In this document: one piece after another, positions 5,624 to 6,136 of the stretch
Position numbering within the stretch: position 1 is the first letter of the stretch
How the letters are laid out: each line of letters opens with the position of its first letter
From: a virus
Taxonomy: Duplodnaviria > Heunggongvirae > Uroviricota > Caudoviricetes
Length of the DNA: 6,136 nt
Strand: one strand, 5' to 3'
IMG/VR virus record: IMGVR_UViG_3300001149_000009
Span: 1-6,136 of that record
Translations under genes and position numbers: made by a program
Notes under the pieces: model-generated
The model's input: the letters and a program-made list of their open reading frames with translations, nothing else
Databases searched by the model: none
What the model was told of the DNA's origin: nothing

Positions 5624-6136
5624 TCAGCAATTGGTCAGAGTGTCAGCGGAGGCGTTACCGCCTGTTGCACGCTGGCGGTAGTCCTGGCGGCTGTCTTCAT
5701 GACTCAGCTTATTCACCAGTTCGTTAAAGGCGGTCTGCTGTGCCTGCAGGGCAGTCTCCAGCTCAGACAGGCGTTCATCCTGCTCAGACAAAGATTTTTC
5801 GGTGCGTGCGCTCAGGTTCTGCTGCTCAGTGGCGACCAGTTCCACGGCCTTATGCATATCAGAGAACCGGGCGTCATCGGACTGCTCTTTTTTGGTAAAC
5901 AGCGCCGTGACACGGGCAAACAGGGACGGTTTGTCGTCCTGGGCTTCTTCCAGTTCGATCACCGTTTCCTCTGCAGCGGTAAAAAGATTGGCGGGATTCT
6001 GCTTGCGGTTTGCCAGCGGGTTATGGGCTGCACTGGCGCTGAATGTCAGCATTTCCGTACCCAGACTGGCGGGATCATCAGTGGCGGCCAGGCCAACCAG
6101 GTAGGCTTTGCCCGTATCAGCGAACTTCGGGCTGAC
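5624..6136 (-). CDS. O: Capsid scaffolding protein O (P2 gpO-like), partial; 5' end beyond the right window edge
   Basis: The minus-strand frame is open from 6136 down to TGA at 5626..5624. Translation ...KFADTGKAYLVGLAATDDPASLGTEMLTFSASAAHNPLANRKQNPANLF... resembles the central and C-terminal part of P2 gpO as I recall it. The ORF-track M at 6052 is internal. Confidence 0.85.
   Translation of the reverse strand, partial: VSPKFADTGKAYLVGLAATDDPASLGTEMLTFSASAAHNPLANRKQNPANLFTAAEETVIELEEAQDDKPSLFARVTALFTKKEQSDDARFSDMHKAVELVATEQQNLSARTEKSLSEQDERLSELETALQAQQTAFNELVNKLSHEDSRQDYRQRATGGNASADTLTNC

Noticed and set aside
779-5727. Many plus-strand ORFs of 60-220 aa inside the phage region (e.g. 779..1174, 985..1380, 1020..1256, 1486..1695, 1793..2011, 2120..2437, 2547..2789, 2642..2923, 2995..3204, 3282..3467, 3531..3983, 4007..4219, 4053..4412, 4216..4698, 5065..5727, 5193..5438)
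   Set aside because: All lie antisense to minus-strand genes with recognisable P2-family identity. Their translations are low-complexity and Arg/Ser/Ala/Pro-rich, as expected for spurious frames in 60%-GC DNA, and none has a convincing ribosome-binding site or homology.
5802-6104. Plus-strand ORF of 100 aa antisense to gpO
   Set aside because: It starts at GTG and has an Ser/Ala-rich, low-complexity translation. It overlaps the clearly recognisable scaffold gene on the other strand.
1-6136. Scan for tRNA, rRNA, CRISPR repeats, IS-element terminal inverted repeats, integrase or att sites
   Set aside because: I saw no direct-repeat arrays, no tRNA-like cloverleaf candidates, and no transposase or integrase-like ORFs. 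The window is fully accounted for by the phage late operon plus the cargo ORF.

Overview
This window is the late structural/lysis region of a P2-like (Peduovirus-type) phage or prophage from a Gram-negative host, ending on the left in an AT-rich cargo gene. From about 650 to the right edge, twelve co-oriented minus-strand genes follow P2 gene order: capsid scaffold O (partial, runs off the right edge), major capsid N, terminase endonuclease subunit M, head completion L, tail protein X, a small two-TMD holin, a SAR-type endolysin, a LysA-like 4-TMD membrane protein, overlapping LysB/LysC spanins, and tail completion R and S. These calls rest on my recognition of the translated proteins; no database search was run. 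The genes are tightly packed with several overlapping start/stop codons. The most interesting part is the left ~650 bp: G+C drops to about 30% (versus roughly 60% or more in the phage genes, from 60-nt stretches I counted), and it carries a plus-strand ORF (93..623, 176 aa) convergent with gene S. That ORF has no family I recognise, contains an R-x4-H motif that could mark a HEPN-like RNase fold, and its frame is open back to the window start. It sits where P2-family phages carry variable moron/defence cargo between S and V, so I flag it as a candidate accessory (possibly anti-phage or toxin) gene whose full extent and any partners lie upstream of the window. I saw no tRNA, rRNA, CRISPR array, IS element or integrase.
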